The position numbers and the translations under genes are program-made. From an uncultured Gemmatimonadota bacterium (lineage in GTDB: Bacteria > GCA-2686955 > CAYMWF01): DNA of 64,000 bases. Numbering within the stretch: the first letter of the stretch is position 1; each line of letters begins with the position of its first letter. The stretch is taken from contig CAYMWF010000011.1 of assembly GCA_964394085.1 (NCBI GenBank), forward strand, positions 27,926 to 91,925, given 5' to 3'. Under the pieces are notes generated by a model. The model was not told the DNA's origin. It saw nothing but the letters and a program-made list of their open reading frames with translations, and ran no database searches. Shown here one piece after another: positions 36,179 to 46,395 of the stretch.

Positions 36179-36460
36179 GGTCAGAGAAGGCTTTGGCGGA
36201 TCATTTCGCTGTGACTGAAGAGGAAGCAGAGGAAGAGGGTTACCTTCAAAATGTTGGTGATGCCGTGCGAATGCCATACCTGATTAGAATGTCAGTAAGA
36301 TATGCTTCTTACTCTGCGATGCAGGAAGGTTGCCGTCTGTCAGGGAGTAGAGGGTTATAAAACAATTACATTTGGGGCTTTTTACGCTTACCCATAAAAC
36401 GTTTTTCATATATAATGTAAACATTGGTTTTTCGGTTCGGATTTCGGATTCCTACTGACT

Positions 36461-37267
36461 ATGAACGATATGCAAAAGCAGGTTTCATTTGAAGAGCTCA
36501 AGGCGCGTGCCCTGGAGGAGCTGGAGTCGGGCGGACGGGACCGGCCCTGCTGCGACAGGATAAGTATCGAGGCGATCGGGGAGATGCAGCGCAAGGCCAG
36601 GGATCGCCCCTACAGCAGGCTGTTTTACGAGCTTGCGTTTTACTACAGGGAAGATCACTGCCTGGCGGCGGCATACCATCTCTGGCAGCCGGTCGTCCGC
36701 CGCTGGATTGTAAAATTCGAGTTCAAACTCAAAGAACACCAGTTCGACGACTTGATCGATGATATCTTTTTCGAGACTTTCGATGCTCTCTTCAAGGCGG
36801 CCCTCCAGAACAGGCTCGGCAGTTTCGAGGCCGGCAAGATCCATAATTACCTGAGGTCGACGGTGCAGAGAAGGATGTTCGCCCGGTGCATCGATGAAAA
36901 GCGGGCGCTGGTCAACAGCCTCAAGAAGAGACTGGATCATCTGGAACCTGAAGATCTCGAATTCCTCCGCACCGAAGTGCTGCCTCGATACAGCAGCCGG
37001 AGGAGCGAGCTGGAGATAAAAATATTCGAGCTGTACGTGCTCGAAAAAAAACCGGTAATAGAGCTGGTGGAAGACGAGAGCGTGCGGTCGCTCACGAGCG
37101 ATTATAAGAATCCGGTCAAGGCGCTGCACAACCGTATTCCAACGGTACTCTGGAATATATACAAGCTGCTGCGCCGGATAGAAGGGGCGAGTGAGTCGTC
37201 TTTCTGCAAGGAGCTGTTGACTTCATGGACCGGAGGCGCCCGCGCTCCATCCATGATAAACCGGTAG
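36461..37267 (+). CDS. Divergent ECF-type sigma-70 family sigma factor with N- and C-terminal extensions
   Basis: Region-2-like FDDLIDDIFFETFDALFKA .. GKIHNYLRSTVQRRMFARCIDEKRA. Region-4-like ..LPRYSSRRSELEIKIFELYVLEKKPVIELVE.. Strong -10 TATATAAT at 36409-36416. Confidence 0.55.
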   Translation: MNDMQKQVSFEELKARALEELESGGRDRPCCDRISIEAIGEMQRKARDRPYSRLFYELAFYYREDHCLAAAYHLWQPVVRRWIVKFEFKLKEHQFDDLIDDIFFETFDALFKAALQNRLGSFEAGKIHNYLRSTVQRRMFARCIDEKRALVNSLKKRLDHLEPEDLEFLRTEVLPRYSSRRSELEIKIFELYVLEKKPVIELVEDESVRSLTSDYKNPVKALHNRIPTVLWNIYKLLRRIEGASESSFCKELLTSWTGGARAPSMINR

Positions 37268-37409
37268 AATCGGTTCAATCCCTTTCTGCCTACTATGACG
37301 ACTGAGGATGAAAAGGAACGAATCGGAGGGTTTGAGCCGGGAGACGGTGTCCTGCCGGTCCGAGCTGAAAAACTTCAGCCGGACGAACAGAGGCGGAAAG
37401 GGGAGACCG

Positions 37410-38246
37410 ATGAAAAAGGAAACCGATTTCAGCAAAGGTGAAACTCTGGAATGCCCCGACTGGCAGATCCTCTTCACATCCATAAATCAGCCTGACCGGC
37501 TCACCGCCGACGAGCTCAATTATTGCCGGGAGCATATAAAATATTGTGCAGTATGCGCCGAAGATATTTCCGTTTTCAAGGAAAAGCTCGAAAAACCAGA
37601 CCCCATCGAGCCGTCCTCCGACGAGCTCGATCTTCTCGTACAGCAGATAACCCGAAAGGATGACGCCCTTTCGGTTCCCCACTGGCTGAAAGATCTGGCC
37701 GGCTCATACCCGTCGCCGGGTATCCGGCCGTTCGATCTCGGCAAGTTCAGAGACTGGGTGCAGAGCCGCCTCAGAGACAAACTGGCGAGTGCGGTCGAGT
37801 TTTTCGATATATCCTCGCTCAGTATGCCGGTTCTGAGTCCGAGCGTCATCCGGAGCGCGGGTGGCGGGTACGACCATTCCGCCGTCGAAGAACTTACGGT
37901 TCTCGCCGCCAGGGCCCGTTCAGCGGTGGATGCGGGTGAGTTCAGGGATGCCGGCGAGCTCTACCACCGGATGAGCGGCCTTCTGGACGACGAGTCTCTG
38001 GATCTCGATCTCAAGTTCCTGGCGGGTATAGCGTACCTGAGGGCGGGCGACGCCCGGAGCGCCTGCGAGCTCCTCGCCGGCACCATCGACGAAGAAGCAT
38101 CGGAAGAAAACTACTGGGCTCTCGCCTGCGCCCACCTGGTGGCCGATGACCTCGAATCCGCATACAAGAACCTTCAGATCGTAGAAAAAATCGGCGGCGA
38201 ACTGAGTGAACGCGCACGTATACTCCTGGACGATATTCAGCATTGA
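37410..38246 (+). CDS. Soluble zinc-binding anti-sigma factor (ZAS motif H-x3-C-x2-C) with C-terminal TPR-like helical domain
   Basis: ..ECPDW..(28 aa)..CREHIKYCAVC.. = C..H-x3-C-x2-C. No TM segment. Directly follows the sigma gene (41-bp gap). ATG 37410 with AAAGGGGAG SD. Confidence 0.55.
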   Translation: MKKETDFSKGETLECPDWQILFTSINQPDRLTADELNYCREHIKYCAVCAEDISVFKEKLEKPDPIEPSSDELDLLVQQITRKDDALSVPHWLKDLAGSYPSPGIRPFDLGKFRDWVQSRLRDKLASAVEFFDISSLSMPVLSPSVIRSAGGGYDHSAVEELTVLAARARSAVDAGEFRDAGELYHRMSGLLDDESLDLDLKFLAGIAYLRAGDARSACELLAGTIDEEASEENYWALACAHLVADDLESAYKNLQIVEKIGGELSERARILLDDIQH

Positions 38247-38283
38247 TCGCTATTTCCACCGCCTGTCTCCCACGACGGTTAAT

Positions 38284-41200
38284 ATGATCTCCAGAGAAAT
38301 ACTTCAGAAATTCCTGGATGCCCCCCTCAGGATCAGCGAGTGGACTCTCCTGGCGGAGAATACCGCCCTGTACGCTCCCGAGGGTATCCGCTTGTGTAAA
38401 AATGCCAGGGAAACCGCCCTCGAGCAGGGGAACGGAGCGGCGGCGGGTTCGATTTCCGAGAAGTTGATCACGCTGGAAAAATATTCATCCCAAGATCCGG
38501 AACATGTCTTTTTCGGGAAAACACTTGACGACTCGTGCCGCAGCCTGATCCACCAGCCTGTACCACGGGATATTCCGGATCTGGTAATCAAAACAAGGCA
38601 GCGATCCGAAACCGGGGAATGGGAAAAGGCTATCGCCGACATCGAAAACCGGCTGGAATCCCGAACGGAAGCGTCGGATGGTTTTCTTCGCAGCGAACTC
38701 CTCCGGATTCTCGGACGGTTGTACAGAGCATGCCCGACCGGTGATACTCCCGCCCGCAAGGAACGGGCGCTCCAGCTTTATTCCGAAGCCGAAAAAGTTT
38801 TCAGCCGCAGTAACTTCCCGCGGGAATGGGCCATCCTGAGATCCAACGCGGCCAACGTATTCCTTGTTCGTCAGAAAGGAACCAGGGCCGAGAATTTCGA
38901 ACGCGCGACGGCGCTCAATGAAGAAGCAATCGATATCCTCACGGCGACCGCTTTCCCTGTCGACCATGCAAGAGTCTGCCATAACCAGGCCCTGGTCTTC
39001 ACATACCGCATAAGAGGCGATTATGCCGAAAACCTCGAAAAAGCGATCGCCCTTTTCGAGAAAGCGCTCAAGATATACAAAGCGGAAACTTTCCCCCGGC
39101 AGTGGGCTTCGATTCTGGGTATGCTCGCGGGAGCCTACCATTCCCGCCTCGAAGGCAGCCGGGAGGAGAACGAAGAACGTGCAATCGAACTCTACCGGTC
39201 GGCTCTCGACTGCGCGTTTTCCGGATTGCCGCCCGCGGTTCGCGCCCGCATAAAAAACAACATGGCTCTTTCATATAAAGAACGGATCAGGGGCAGCAAA
39301 GCCCGGAATCTTGAAAACGCGATCAAGCTTCACAAAGAAGCGCTTCGCACCTTTTCGCGGGAAAAACATCCTGCTCAATGGGCTGAGACGTGCAAAAACC
39401 TGGCTAACGCCTACTGTGCAAGAAAACATGGGACATCAATTGAAAACCTGTCCTTCGCAATACCGTTGTACGAGGATGCGCTGACCGTTCTGACCCGCGA
39501 ACGCTCGGCGGACGGCTGGGCCAAAACCAGTTACGCCCTGGGCAACGTTCTGCGGCGCAAATGGGAAGAGGACGGGGAAACCGGGGCGTTGTCGGCGGCG
39601 GTTACATCGTACCACGATTCATTGTCGGTCTGGCAGCCGGATACTTTCCCGGGGAGCTGTCTCCAGTCCGCCATCGCCCTGGCGGAGACCGAAGCGCACC
39701 GGCGGAACTGGAACGGCGTCCAGGAAGCCGCGCTTATCGCCAGGGAAGCGGATCGCACCCTGCAGATATCCTCCGTAACCCTGTCGGGCCGGTCTGAAAA
39801 CATAGAACTGAGCGCCAGGCTCTACTATTCCGCCTCTCTCGCGAAGGCGCAGCAGGGAGATTACCCGGGCGCCGTGGAATGGCTCGAACAGGGAAAGACC
39901 CGCGAACTCGAAGAATCTCTGGCCAGGGACAGGGCCATTTTCGAACATCGGCTTTCGACGGAGGATGCCGCGGAGTACAGGGAACTCCTGTCCCGACTCA
40001 GGCGGATAGAAACCGGAGAGCGGCTGGGATCTTTAAGCGGAAGCGCTTTCACCGCCGCGGTGGAGGAAACCCGGCGGGTTCGACGGAGGTTCGAAAACGT
40101 TATCGAAAGAATCCGCGGGTATGAACCCTCCTTTCTCGCGGATCTCGAACTGGACGACCGCTGTTTCGCCCCCCTCCTCACCGAACCTGGAAAGGCGTAT
40201 GTCCTTTTCAATGTCACCTCGGCCGGAACCGCCGTGATACTGCTTCACGGGGTTTCCGGGGAATCCCGGTTTGCCGGATTCTTCGAAGAAGCTTTCAAAC
40301 TATCGGATCTGCGGCGCCTTTCGAAAAAATGGATGGAGCAGGTCGAACGGGCCGAGAAGGGTGAAAACCGGACCCGCACCGGCCGGAAATCATGGTCGAA
40401 ACGATTGAACGATCTCTGCCGGGAGCTGCACGACGCCATATTCGGCGAAGTCCGCGAATGGCTTCGGGAAAACGGATCGGCTATTAACAAGCTGGTATTG
40501 GTTCCGCATCTTGACCTTCATTCGCTTCCCCTTCACCTCATGCGCTACGACACCGAAGAGGGCGCGCGGTTCCTGATGGACGATTACGAGATCGGTTTCG
40601 CGCCGAGCCTGTCTCTTCTCCTCATGCTGACCCGCAGGGAGGGCGAAACTTCGCCACATGCACCCTCCCGCCTCCGGGAAAGCGCCGATATCCGACACTT
40701 TCCGGCAGAAGAACCGCTCGAACTGCTCGCCGTGGCGAATCCCACAGGCGATTTGAACTGGTCGGCGGATGAGGCGGCTGAAATAGCCGGGCTGTTCGGC
40801 GGCCCATGCCTGGTGCTTTCAGGCGCGGAAGCCACCAGGGACGCCTTTTTCGCGGCGGCTCCAAGGGCCGGGGTGCTCCACCTGTGCTGCCATGGCACAT
40901 ACGATCACGAAAATCCCTGGAAATCTTCACTCATCCTCGCGGATGCAAGGGCGGACGGAAGCGGACCAACCGGCCCGTCCGGAAAAAAAATCTCGCTTGA
41001 CGAGATTTTTTCGAGTATCTCTTTAAATAGAACCAGATTGGTCGTGCTCAGCGCTTGTGAAACCGGCATCATCGATACCGGCGGCAGGTCGGACGAGTTT
41101 GTCGGCTTGCCCGGCGGTTTTCTCAGGGGCGGCGCCATGTGTGTCGTGGCAAGCCTGTGGTCGGTGGACGATCGTGCCACGGCAGCCCTCATGACGCGTT

Positions 41201-41334
41201 TCTACCAGGGTGTAGCGGCGGAAAACCGACCGCCCTCGGAAGCTTTGAAACTGGCGCAGCATCACCTCCGGGCGAACAGGCAATGGCGGAGCCCCTATTA
41301 CTGGGGCGCGTTCCGGGTCCTCGGCATCAGCTGA
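38284..41334 (+). CDS. TPR-CHAT protein: N-terminal array of about 12 TPR-like repeats plus C-terminal CHAT (caspase-like) protease domain with His/Cys dyad
   Basis: Repeats ..ENLERAIALNEEAI.., ENLEKAIALFEKAL, ENEERAIELYRSAL, RNLENAIKLHKEAL, ENLSFAIPLYEDAL. CHAT His in VLHLCCHGTYD and Cys in LVVLSACETGI; ..VASLWSVDD... Start ATG 38284 chosen; ORF extends to 38206 overlapping the anti-sigma stop. Confidence 0.75.
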   Translation: MISREILQKFLDAPLRISEWTLLAENTALYAPEGIRLCKNARETALEQGNGAAAGSISEKLITLEKYSSQDPEHVFFGKTLDDSCRSLIHQPVPRDIPDLVIKTRQRSETGEWEKAIADIENRLESRTEASDGFLRSELLRILGRLYRACPTGDTPARKERALQLYSEAEKVFSRSNFPREWAILRSNAANVFLVRQKGTRAENFERATALNEEAIDILTATAFPVDHARVCHNQALVFTYRIRGDYAENLEKAIALFEKALKIYKAETFPRQWASILGMLAGAYHSRLEGSREENEERAIELYRSALDCAFSGLPPAVRARIKNNMALSYKERIRGSKARNLENAIKLHKEALRTFSREKHPAQWAETCKNLANAYCARKHGTSIENLSFAIPLYEDALTVLTRERSADGWAKTSYALGNVLRRKWEEDGETGALSAAVTSYHDSLSVWQPDTFPGSCLQSAIALAETEAHRRNWNGVQEAALIAREADRTLQISSVTLSGRSENIELSARLYYSASLAKAQQGDYPGAVEWLEQGKTRELEESLARDRAIFEHRLSTEDAAEYRELLSRLRRIETGERLGSLSGSAFTAAVEETRRVRRRFENVIERIRGYEPSFLADLELDDRCFAPLLTEPGKAYVLFNVTSAGTAVILLHGVSGESRFAGFFEEAFKLSDLRRLSKKWMEQVERAEKGENRTRTGRKSWSKRLNDLCRELHDAIFGEVREWLRENGSAINKLVLVPHLDLHSLPLHLMRYDTEEGARFLMDDYEIGFAPSLSLLLMLTRREGETSPHAPSRLRESADIRHFPAEEPLELLAVANPTGDLNWSADEAAEIAGLFGGPCLVLSGAEATRDAFFAAAPRAGVLHLCCHGTYDHENPWKSSLILADARADGSGPTGPSGKKISLDEIFSSISLNRTRLVVLSACETGIIDTGGRSDEFVGLPGGFLRGGAMCVVASLWSVDDRATAALMTRFYQGVAAENRPPSEALKLAQHHLRANRQWRSPYYWGAFRVLGIS

Positions 41335-41396
41335 GCGTCTGCCGCTCGATAGAGCAAGCGGTTTCTGACAGAATCCTCACGGGAGGACACAAAAAA

Positions 41397-42482
41397 ATGA
41401 AACACCTCACCAGACATCTCTCCCCGTTCATACTGTTATTATCTCTGGCCTTTTTTATGTGCCCCCCCGCAGGTGCAGTCGAGATCACCGAATGCAGCTT
41501 GAGTCTTCTCGTCGAGAACGTGACGCCGTATAAGGAGTTCGGTTTCGGATGGGCGCTGTCTTCGAATGATTCACTGGCAGCGAATCTCCTCGAAGTCCAT
41601 ACGGATCCGGGCTGGCTGTTCACCATGCTGGACGGGATGAAATGTACGAAATATACGGCCATCTGGGGCACATACCCTCCCGGAGTAGCGCCGGGCGAAA
41701 TCGTTCAGTTCGGTTTGAGATTCAAGGGCATGGTCGATCGAACCAAGACCCGGAGAGCGGCCTGGCTCCGACCTCCCGAAAAAGCCATAAATCCTGAGGA
41801 AACCCTCATGCCGATCATCCTCCAGGACTTCGGTAAAGACGGGTTCTACATCATCGACGGATGGCCCGGTCTCGTAGAAACCGTCGATCCGGTTATCGTG
41901 TATCCTAAATGGACGATATCCCCGGTCATCGTCCCTCTCGACTCCCTGACCCCCGGCAACAGCCTGCTGGAAGGTCTCGACTGGACCGTCGAACCGCCGC
42001 TCGTCCTATCTCCGACATCCCGTGACAGCATATTCATCCCTGCCCTCAGCACCGGAGCGGCAGCCATCGTCGTCGCCCCCATGGCGTGGGCCGCCGCACC
42101 CGCCGACACTGTTACCTTCGCCGTAAACCAGTGCGTGTATCTGACGACCCACCTCTTCCTCGACTGCCTGACGCCCTCCGTCGACCAGGGCGATACTCTC
42201 GTCTTCGACCTGACGGCGGATAACCGGGGCTTCTCCCCGGTCGAATGCGACGTAAGAGGCGATCTCAAACTGCCCGGGGGAGGCTGGTATGCCGGTAATC
42301 CGCTTTTCCTCCGCGAAGGTATCCGCCTGGAAGGAGCGCATGTTACAACGGTTCGCGATTCGATCCCGGTTCCTGCGTCGCTGTTCCCCGGCACCTACGA
42401 GGTGCTCGCCAGGATAGGGTACAACGAAATCGACGAATTCTTCAGCGCCGACAGCATGCTGGTAGAGATAACGGTCCCGTAA
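41397..42482 (+). CDS. Secreted hypothetical protein (361 aa) encoded directly downstream of the TPR-CHAT gene
   Basis: ATG 41397 with GGGAGGA SD. Signal peptide MKHLTRHLSPFILLLSLAFFMCPPAGA. No recognised domain. Confidence 0.5.
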   Translation: MKHLTRHLSPFILLLSLAFFMCPPAGAVEITECSLSLLVENVTPYKEFGFGWALSSNDSLAANLLEVHTDPGWLFTMLDGMKCTKYTAIWGTYPPGVAPGEIVQFGLRFKGMVDRTKTRRAAWLRPPEKAINPEETLMPIILQDFGKDGFYIIDGWPGLVETVDPVIVYPKWTISPVIVPLDSLTPGNSLLEGLDWTVEPPLVLSPTSRDSIFIPALSTGAAAIVVAPMAWAAAPADTVTFAVNQCVYLTTHLFLDCLTPSVDQGDTLVFDLTADNRGFSPVECDVRGDLKLPGGGWYAGNPLFLREGIRLEGAHVTTVRDSIPVPASLFPGTYEVLARIGYNEIDEFFSADSMLVEITVP

Positions 42483-42513
42483 CTCGATACCTGCTGTCTG
42501 CAGTGGGGAAAGT

Positions 42514-43290
42514 ATGACTACAGAACGAGAGAAGGAATGGTTCGACGATGAAGCCTTCTGGCGGGAGCTGTATCCTTTCATGTTCCCCGAGCGGCGTTTT
42601 GCCGCGACACTGGAGCAGATCGAGAAGAGCCTGGCTCTGGCAAACCCCGGCGGCAAGGATGTGCTTGATCATTGCTGCGGCCCGGGCAGGTGCTCGATCG
42701 CTCTCGCCAGGACCGGGTTTAATGTGACCGGCGTCGATAAGACGAAGTTCCTCCTTGATAAAGCTCGAGAAAAGGCGAAAGAAACCAACGTCGAGGTTGA
42801 ATGGGTAAGGGCGGATATGCGCGATTTCGTTCGTCCGGAAGCTTTCGACATGGTTCTTAGCATGTTCACATCCTTTGGGTATTTCGAGAACAAGAACGAG
42901 GACATGCTGGTCCTGGGCAATATCCTGGCGAGTCTGAAGCCCGGCGGTGTCTTCCTCATCGACGTAATGGCTAAAGAATGCCTGGCGAGAATCTTTATGC
43001 CAACTACTTCGCAGGAATTACCTGACGGTTCGCAACTGATTGAACGGCACGAGGTATTCGACGACTGGACCAGAATCCGGAATGAATGGATCGTGATTCG
43101 GAACGGCAGGGCCAGGAGCTTCAAGTTCCACCATACCATCTATTCCGGCCAGGAGTTGAAAGACAGGATGCGGCAGGCTGGTTTTACCGGAATAAAACTA
43201 TACGGAAATCTGGACGGAGACGAATACGGGCCGGAAGCCCGTCGCCTCATTGCAGTGGGCCGCAAAAAGACGAATTACGAACAGGAATAA
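42514..43290 (+). CDS. Class I SAM-dependent methyltransferase
   Basis: Motif I VLDHCCGPGRCS; post-I acidic D (GVDKT); motif II ..FDMVLSM..; 32 bp after the preceding gene. Confidence 0.7.
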   Translation: MTTEREKEWFDDEAFWRELYPFMFPERRFAATLEQIEKSLALANPGGKDVLDHCCGPGRCSIALARTGFNVTGVDKTKFLLDKAREKAKETNVEVEWVRADMRDFVRPEAFDMVLSMFTSFGYFENKNEDMLVLGNILASLKPGGVFLIDVMAKECLARIFMPTTSQELPDGSQLIERHEVFDDWTRIRNEWIVIRNGRARSFKFHHTIYSGQELKDRMRQAGFTGIKLYGNLDGDEYGPEARRLIAVGRKKTNYEQE

Positions 43291-43304
43291 CACCCCCCCA
43301 TCCG

Positions 43305-44186
43305 TCACGGCCGTTGATTCTCCGCTTCTCCGGTCATCGGGACGAAGCGGACAGGGAGCACGTTCTTTTTCTTAATGCGGCCGTTTTTTGTCTTTTCGAC
43401 GAGCACAAGCTCCTGGAAGAATTTTCCGACGGGGACGATCATCCGACCGCCCGAAGCGAGTTGTTCTATAAGCGGTTCGGGGATATGGTCGGGCGAGGCC
43501 GTAACGATGATACAGTCGAAGGGAGCCTCTTCGGGCCATCCCTGGTATCCGTCTCCGCACCGTGTTTCGACTTCGTCGTACCCCTGGGCGGAGAGATTGC
43601 TCCGGGCGAATTCCGCCAGTTCAGGAATTATCTCGATGGAAAACACCTTTACGCCGATCTCGGCCAGAATGGCGGCCTGATATCCGCTCCCGGTCCCGAT
43701 TTCCAGCACCTTTTCCCCGCCTTCCAGCCGAAGCTGTTCGGTCATGAAAGCGACAATGTACGGCTGGCTTATCGTCTGGCTCCACCCGATGCCTACCGGG
43801 CTGTCGTCATAAGCGCGATACCGCGCATGACCCGAGATGAACCGGTGACGGTGAACCGTTCGCATCGCGTCAAGCACTTTTTCATCCTTCACGCCCCGCG
43901 CCTCGATCTGCCGCGTTACCATGCTCTCCCGTTTCATTTTCCAAGTATCCTCTTCACTGCCTGCATCTGCTTTCAGCCCGATCTCGAGTCCTCCCGGAGG
44001 CGGCGCCTTTCGGGATTCGCCATCCTCCCGGCAACCAACCAGAGCAACAAGCAGAAGCGGCACTGTAAACGCCGTCCCGAATCGCCCCGGTCTCAGAGGC
44101 CGGGCGACAGTCGGACGCCGCCTCCGAGCCCGATGATGACTGCGGGTTTGACACCACGGTCTTTTAATAAATTCAGCCACGACCAT
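43305..44186 (-). CDS. pcm: Protein-L-isoaspartate O-methyltransferase with N-terminal lipoprotein-type signal region (start uncertain)
   Basis: PCMT signature ..ISQPYIVAFMTEQL..VLEIGTGSGYQAAILAE... Upstream in frame: ..TVPLLLVALVGC (lipobox-like LVGC). Confidence 0.7.
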   Translation of the reverse strand: MVVAEFIKRPWCQTRSHHRARRRRPTVARPLRPGRFGTAFTVPLLLVALVGCREDGESRKAPPPGGLEIGLKADAGSEEDTWKMKRESMVTRQIEARGVKDEKVLDAMRTVHRHRFISGHARYRAYDDSPVGIGWSQTISQPYIVAFMTEQLRLEGGEKVLEIGTGSGYQAAILAEIGVKVFSIEIIPELAEFARSNLSAQGYDEVETRCGDGYQGWPEEAPFDCIIVTASPDHIPEPLIEQLASGGRMIVPVGKFFQELVLVEKTKNGRIKKKNVLPVRFVPMTGEAENQRP

Positions 44187-44221
44187 CGAAAACCACCAGT
44201 CCTTGATACCGGCCGGTTCTC

Positions 44222-44629
44222 TCAGACAGACTCGACGACCTGCATCCGGGCTTTTCTGAAGGCTTCCTCAGCCCGGGCGGGATCATCGGTTTTAAAAACC
44301 AGCGGAATCCCGGGAGGACTCTGCATCAGTGGATAGATATACCTGATGTTCACCCCGGCTTCCGCCAGGACGCTGGCCGCCTGATGAAGAGCCCCGGAAA
44401 TATGCTCGAGCCGGACCACGGTGACCTCTTCTTCGCAGAAATCGAGACCGGCCTCTTTCATAACCCGGGCGCTTTTTACCGTGTCGTTGGTAATGAGGGC
44501 GATGTGTCCTTCTCCATCGAGAGTGCCGCAGAATATACCCACGAGGTTGACCCCCTGGTAGTTCAGCTCCCGGGTCGCTTCGGCAAGGCTTCCAACGGCA
44601 TCTACGACCGTAATTTCGAAGTGCTTCAT
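44222..44629 (-). CDS. Tandem ACT-domain protein
   Basis: Two beta-alpha-beta-beta-alpha-beta ACT-like halves (MKHFEITVVDAVGSLAEATREL.. and ..VTVVRLEHISGALHQAASVLAEAGVNI..). Confidence 0.5.
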   Translation of the reverse strand: MKHFEITVVDAVGSLAEATRELNYQGVNLVGIFCGTLDGEGHIALITNDTVKSARVMKEAGLDFCEEEVTVVRLEHISGALHQAASVLAEAGVNIRYIYPLMQSPPGIPLVFKTDDPARAEEAFRKARMQVVESV

Positions 44630-44671
44630 CCTGCGTCCCCGCTTTCTTTCATGACCGGGTTCCGACCCGGC

Positions 44672-46198
<1,527 letters not shown>

Positions 46199-46395
46199 TC
46201 AGGCAATACGAGGGATTTTTCAAGTGTTTTTCATCCGGATTCATGTTTCGCCGATAAACTCGAACGGCATAGAAGGAAAGAAGGAAAAATCCAGTGGAAA
46301 CTTCCTGTATTTCGCTGTAAACCGGAATGCTCTCAAGTGGGGCGGTTCGATGACGATTTACAGAATTATGAAGCTATCTCCGCGTGGAGTGTTTA

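Noticed and set aside
38206-38283. Earlier ATG (38206) for the TPR-CHAT gene overlapping the anti-sigma gene by 41 bp
   Set aside because: Possible but not required. ATG 38284 was chosen as the first start after the upstream stop, and the true start needs experimental confirmation.
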